Origin: Mobula hypostoma
Taxonomy: Eukaryota
Length of the DNA stretch: 64,000 bases
Assembly (NCBI RefSeq): GCF_963921235.1
Contig: NC_086097.1
Coordinates: 145,640,001 to 145,704,000 of the forward strand
Direction: 5' to 3'
A model generated the notes under the pieces. That model did not search any database. It was not told where the DNA came from and saw only the letters and a list, made by a program, of their open reading frames with translations. Each line of letters opens with the position of its first letter. Within the stretch, counting starts at the first letter, position 1. A program made the translations under genes and the position numbers. Shown here piece after piece: positions 59,779 to 64,000 of this stretch.

Positions 59779-60499
59779 AAATCCTAAAGTCAACCCACAA
59801 CAAGGAGGATTGACAATAGGCGCGACCCACAAACCCGGAGAGGAAACAGAACATACAAAAGATACCGGGGAAAAGGACGCAACCAGTACTTCAATAATGT
59901 ATATAGCCCAAAGAAAAACAAACTAAAACGTGAAGCCCCTCCCACCACCCCCCACCCCAAGACCCCAAGGCAAAATCTAAAGCAGACCCGCCAGAAAGAA
60001 GCAAGCGCTAAAACTACCCCCATGACTTCCGGTATACGCTCCCTAAAAAAAAGGTATAAATATGAAAAGGATCAGCTAATTGTAAAACAGTAAAAAAATA
60101 AGTAAAAAAAAGTTAGCTCAATTAGAATACACACAGAACAGAACAAAAGCCGGAAAATATATATTAAAAAAAACCACAATAAACCTCAAACTCATGAATA
60201 GACACAGCAACAAAAAAAAATAGGATTATTAACATAAAGTGATTATAAAAAGCAAAACAGAATAAAATTTTAAAAAAACTACAAAATTTAAGGCCGCACA
60301 GGAAATACGTAAGATGACAAAAGGGAAGTAACCACCCAGAATCCCCTGGGAAAAGAAAGAAATGACGCAGTTAAAAAGAAAGTTTAGCAGCCATATTAAG
60401 AAATCAAAAGTAAACTTTTCTGCCCAAATAGGGCACAGAAAAGTTAAAACCAACCAATTCACAGCCTCCGATCAACGGAGAAAATTTAAAAAAAGGCAA

Positions 60500-61381
60500 T
60501 TAAGATGTTGAAGATGAAAGTTGATCCAGATAACTCTGGGCATCCGATGGAGAATCAAAAAAACGAAGGGCTCCATCTAACATGCGAATCCTTAGACGTG
60601 CAGGGTACAGCAGCGCTGGTCTTAAATCCATCTTATAGAATTCCGACATCACGGATCTGTAACGGACCCGTTGGTCCCAGATTGGTTTACTGAAATCTTC
60701 CACGAATCGGAACTTAAGATCCGAAAAATCAATGAAACCTTTAGATCGAGCGAATCGAAACAGTCTCTCCTTGTCTTGAAAGTAATGAAAACGTAAGATA
60801 ACATGCCTAGGTCTATCTGACCTAGACGAGTATGATGGGATTCTGTGAACACGATCCAGTAGCGGTGGTTGGTCAGGAAATACAGTAGGGAATGCATCTT
60901 TTAAAAGTTGAGAGAAATATTTCATAGGGTTGTTAGCTTCAACGGCTTCCCTCACGCCAATCATTCGTAAATTCTGCCGTTGCATTCTAGATTCCAAGTC
61001 AGAGTTTTTAAAAGTCAAAAAGTCAAGTTTCTTCTTCATTACATTAATTGTTTCTTCGATTTTCCCCATCTTAAGCTCACTTTGTTGCGCGAATTTTTGA
61101 AGATCAGATATAGCCGACTGATGTTCCGCAATACATGTTTGCATCTTATCAATTAAATCGGCAATTTTCTGGAAATTAGTTGAGATTTCCGTATGAATCA
61201 GGTCTTTAACAAAGCCTGCAATTTCCGTACGAATCATCTCCCTAACAGAGGTTGAAATTTCCCTCTGAATTAACTCCGATATCGCTTTCAAAGTCACCGG
61301 TGATTCAGTCGGAGGGAGATCCGTAGCTTTCGGTTTAACCGGAGGTTTACCATCCTTGCCGTTTTTCCCGTTCTTAGACAT
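60500..61381 (-). CDS. L1 ORF1p (coiled coil + RRM + CTD), intact
   Basis: DLESRMQRQNLRMIGVRE, LDRVHRI, RHVILRF, LLYPARLRI; the start could instead be the upstream ATG at 61399. Confidence 0.9.
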   Translation of the reverse strand: MSKNGKNGKDGKPPVKPKATDLPPTESPVTLKAISELIQREISTSVREMIRTEIAGFVKDLIHTEISTNFQKIADLIDKMQTCIAEHQSAISDLQKFAQQSELKMGKIEETINVMKKKLDFLTFKNSDLESRMQRQNLRMIGVREAVEANNPMKYFSQLLKDAFPTVFPDQPPLLDRVHRIPSYSSRSDRPRHVILRFHYFQDKERLFRFARSKGFIDFSDLKFRFVEDFSKPIWDQRVRYRSVMSEFYKMDLRPALLYPARLRIRMLDGALRFFDSPSDAQSYLDQLSSSTS

Positions 61382-61820
61382 AGCAGATCTAAGTATCATC
61401 CAATTGTCAGAGAATTCAGTTTAATTCAAAGTATTGTAAAAATTGATGCCTTAATGGTTAATTAAAGTATAGCTGACCATAGAGAAAAAAAAACTCAGAG
61501 GTAATGGAGCGAGTCAAGAACGCGACTTCACTCCATGAGCGCTACCGGAAGTCTCGCCAAGCTACTCCAATTTTCCTAAGAATATGAAAAATCTTCAATA
61601 TATAAATATCACTAATAAAACTGAAATTCATTCTGATTAATTAACAACCAGGCTATTCTCAGTCATCACAAAAAGTAATGGAAGATGTTACCTAGAGAAC
61701 TCCAAATTATGAGCATTAAAAATAAAGCACTTACTTGCCAGCGATTTGCCAACACTCAGCTTGAGTTTTGGCAGAAGCACTCAATTACAGACCATAGAGC
61801 AATCTTGTTCCCAGTATGTA

Positions 61821-62866
61821 CATTGTGTTACGTACCCCGTAACTGGGTTGCCAAACCAGCAGAAATGGATCACTCAGTTGGAGTCTGGATTACTAGAACT
61901 AAGAAAGTTTTATTAAAGAAACAAGCAACACAGTATTCTAATCAAAAGGATAATAAATGCAACAGTTCAGCAATGATAAACACACATGTACACAGAATTA
62001 AGGTAACAGGATCAATCAAGCTCTATCGTTGTCAAGGGGTAAATGACCAGTTTCAAAGTGACGCAAAGTTCAGTTCAATTTAGTTCAGTTCAGTTCACAG
62101 TAATCGCTGCCGTGGGAGATGGACAGTGGGGGGAAGGAGAGAGAGAGCAAAACGAATGAATATTCAAACGGCTTCCACACAGACCTTCGCAGTCAGCTTT
62201 TGGGCGAGTCCTTTGTGATGTCATCTGAGGTCACCGACCGTGACCCCCTCCGTTGCCAGATACGATCGTTTCTCTGCGGTGAACCTGGCACCCAGGCAAT
62301 GTTGGACACCACCAGGTTCCCGCCAATCGTGCCTTTCCACCCTGTGCGTCTATGGCTTGTCCCACGACCAGCCGTCCAAAATTTCCCACCGACTTGTGAG
62401 AGACGCACCACTTCCAGGGTCTCGTTACCTCGGGGTGTCATGTGTGTCCTGCCTTAGCGAACCTGTCCCTTTTTATCCCCCTGCTGGGGTATCGCCTGTC
62501 CATCACTTCAAACAGTTCAGGGTTCAAAGGGTGAGCCGATCTTGACAGCTCTCCTTCCGTTAGACTCTCCCGTCCCTTCATTAACATCTCCAAATGCTGC
62601 TCCATTGTTTTCCTTATCTCTCTCTCTCTCTCTCTCCTGAAGACAGGTGGCAGACCAACTGCTGATCCCACTGGTGCCAGCACAGGACAGCTAACATCTT
62701 AATCTATGTGTATTCTCGTCACAATTGGCATGCAAAAGTTTGGGCACCCCTGGTCAAAATTTCTGTTACTGTGAATAGTTGAGTGAGTAGAAGATGAACT
62801 GATCTCCAAAAGTCATAAAGTTAAAGATGAAAAATTCCTTTCAACATCTTAAGCAAGATTATTGTA
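61821..62866. mobile_element. Left end of a Tc1 element, split by the solo LTR
   Basis: Removing the LTR restores TA+CATTGGCATGCAAAAGTTTGGGCACCCC, a Tc1-type TIR. Confidence 0.75.
61826..62723 (-). mobile_element. Solo LTR (898 bp), Gypsy-like by TSD length
   Basis: TGTTACG...CGTCACA ends; 4-bp TSD ATTG; minus-strand AATAAA at 61909-61914 and GATAAAAG near 62470. Confidence 0.85.
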
Positions 62867-63460
62867 CTGGTGACCCCCATTTTCTGAACGTTTGCTTTAC
62901 GACACCGCGCTGTTACGAAAGACCTACGTTAGTTACTTGTTTTCGCTAACAGGTGTTTTCACTGTTACAAAAAAAGGCAGCGTGCACCCGAACAGTCAAG
63001 CTCCTCCCCAGAACTGCATTCTAGCCACCATTGCTTAAATACATGTTTTATCTCAATTTATTTTGTGCATCCGTTAGCAAGATGAGTTCTAAGGTACCGG
63101 AAAAGCCTAAAAGAGCTCGTAAGGGTGTTACACTTAGCGTAAAACTGGACATAATTAAGCGTTTCGATCGTGGTGAACGAAGTAAGGACATTGTCTGCGC
63201 GTTGATCTTGCCTGCATCCACCATTCGCACAATTTATATACAGACAGAAAGAATTTTGAAAGCTGCCAATGTTGCTGTTGGTTCTGATCGTAGCAAAGTG
63301 GTCTCTCTTAGTTGGCATCCAATAGTGGATAAAATGGAAAGTCTATTGCTTGAGTGGATTGATGGGTGTACAAAGCGTGGTGTTCCATTAAGTTTTCTTA
63401 TACTTAAGGAGAAATCAGTCAGTCTTTTTAATAAGCTGAAACAGAAAGCACTGGATGATA
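62867..63460 (+). mobile_element. Tigger/pogo transposon 5' part with CENP-B/psq HTH ORF, cut by a CR1 insertion
   Basis: MSSKVPEKPKRARKGVTLSVKLDIIKRFDRGE...STIRTI...MESLLLEWI; same terminus family as 41183. Confidence 0.88.
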
Positions 63461-64000
63461 CAAACATAGAAAATAGGTGCAGGAGTAGGCCATTCGTCCC
63501 TTCGAGCCTGCACCACCATTTAGTATGATCATGGCTGATCATCCAACTCAGAACCCTGTACCAGCCTTCCCCCCATACCCCCGATCCCTTTAGCCACAAG
63601 GGCCATATCTAACTCCCTCTTAAATATAGCCAATGAACTGGCCTCAACTGTTTCCTGTGGCAGAGAATTCCACAGATTCACCACTCTCTGTGTGAAGAAG
63701 TTTTTCCTCATCTCAGTCCTAAAAGGCTTCCCCTTTATCCTCAAACTGTGACCCCTCGTTCTGGACTTCCCCAACATCAGGAACAATCTTCCTGCATCTA
63801 GCCTGTCCAATCCCTTTAGGATTTTACATGTTTCAATAAGATCCCCCCTCAATCTTCTAAATTCCAACGAGTACAAGCCTAGTCGATCCAGTCTTTCATC
63901 ATATGAAAGTCCTGCCATCCCAGGAATCAATCTGGTGAACCTTCTTTGTACTCCCTCTATGGCAAGGATGTCTTTCCTCAGATTAGGGGACCAAAACTGT
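63461..64000 (-). mobile_element. CR1 LINE 3' end, running off the window edge
   Basis: LSYDERLDRLGLYSLEFRRLRGDLIE, TRGH, FFTQRVVNLWNSLP. Confidence 0.93.

Larger units (their letters stand above)
55644..61555 (-). mobile_element. Full-length young L1-clade LINE (5912 bp)
   Basis: Perfect 13-bp TSD GCCAAGCTACTCC (55631-55643, 61556-61568); AATAAA plus A-rich tail; ORF1 and ORF2 present. Confidence 0.97.

Noticed and set aside
63031..63528. Domesticated TIGD-like gene
   Set aside because: Lies inside a TIR-bounded element and is truncated by CR1 before the DDE domain
38656..64000. PTPN23 exon 1 (MEAVPRMPMIWLDLKEAG-like)
   Set aside because: Not found by eye or in the ORF track; presumably beyond 64000

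Overview
This is vertebrate genomic DNA, and the repeat complement points to a cartilaginous fish, probably a ray (inference). The whole window lies inside one minus-strand gene, PTPN23/HD-PTP. Seventeen coding exons (numbered 2-18 by analogy to the human gene) run from 38655 down to 7200 and splice into one open frame of 1850 nt covering the Bro1 and V domains. Exon 1 and exons 19 onward were not found and are presumably outside the window. One intron needs a GC donor. The introns are packed with mobile DNA: a near-intact full-length L1 one base away from a complete ORF2, an old L1 fossil, Rex1/Babar, CR1, L2-like and RTE pieces, Tc1, Tigger/pogo and hAT transposons (one hAT with a 6-bp TSD), and a solo LTR, often nested. 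The most notable observations are (i) a family of short TSD-flanked Penelope-like insertions carrying a minimal hammerhead-ribozyme motif, mostly on the pre-mRNA strand, (ii) a chimeric retroposon fusing rDNA ITS2 and the 28S 5' end to a LINE-type tail, and (iii) a 408-bp GC-rich retrocopy with a 16-bp TSD. All coordinates were read by hand, and family names are recognition from motifs, not database hits.
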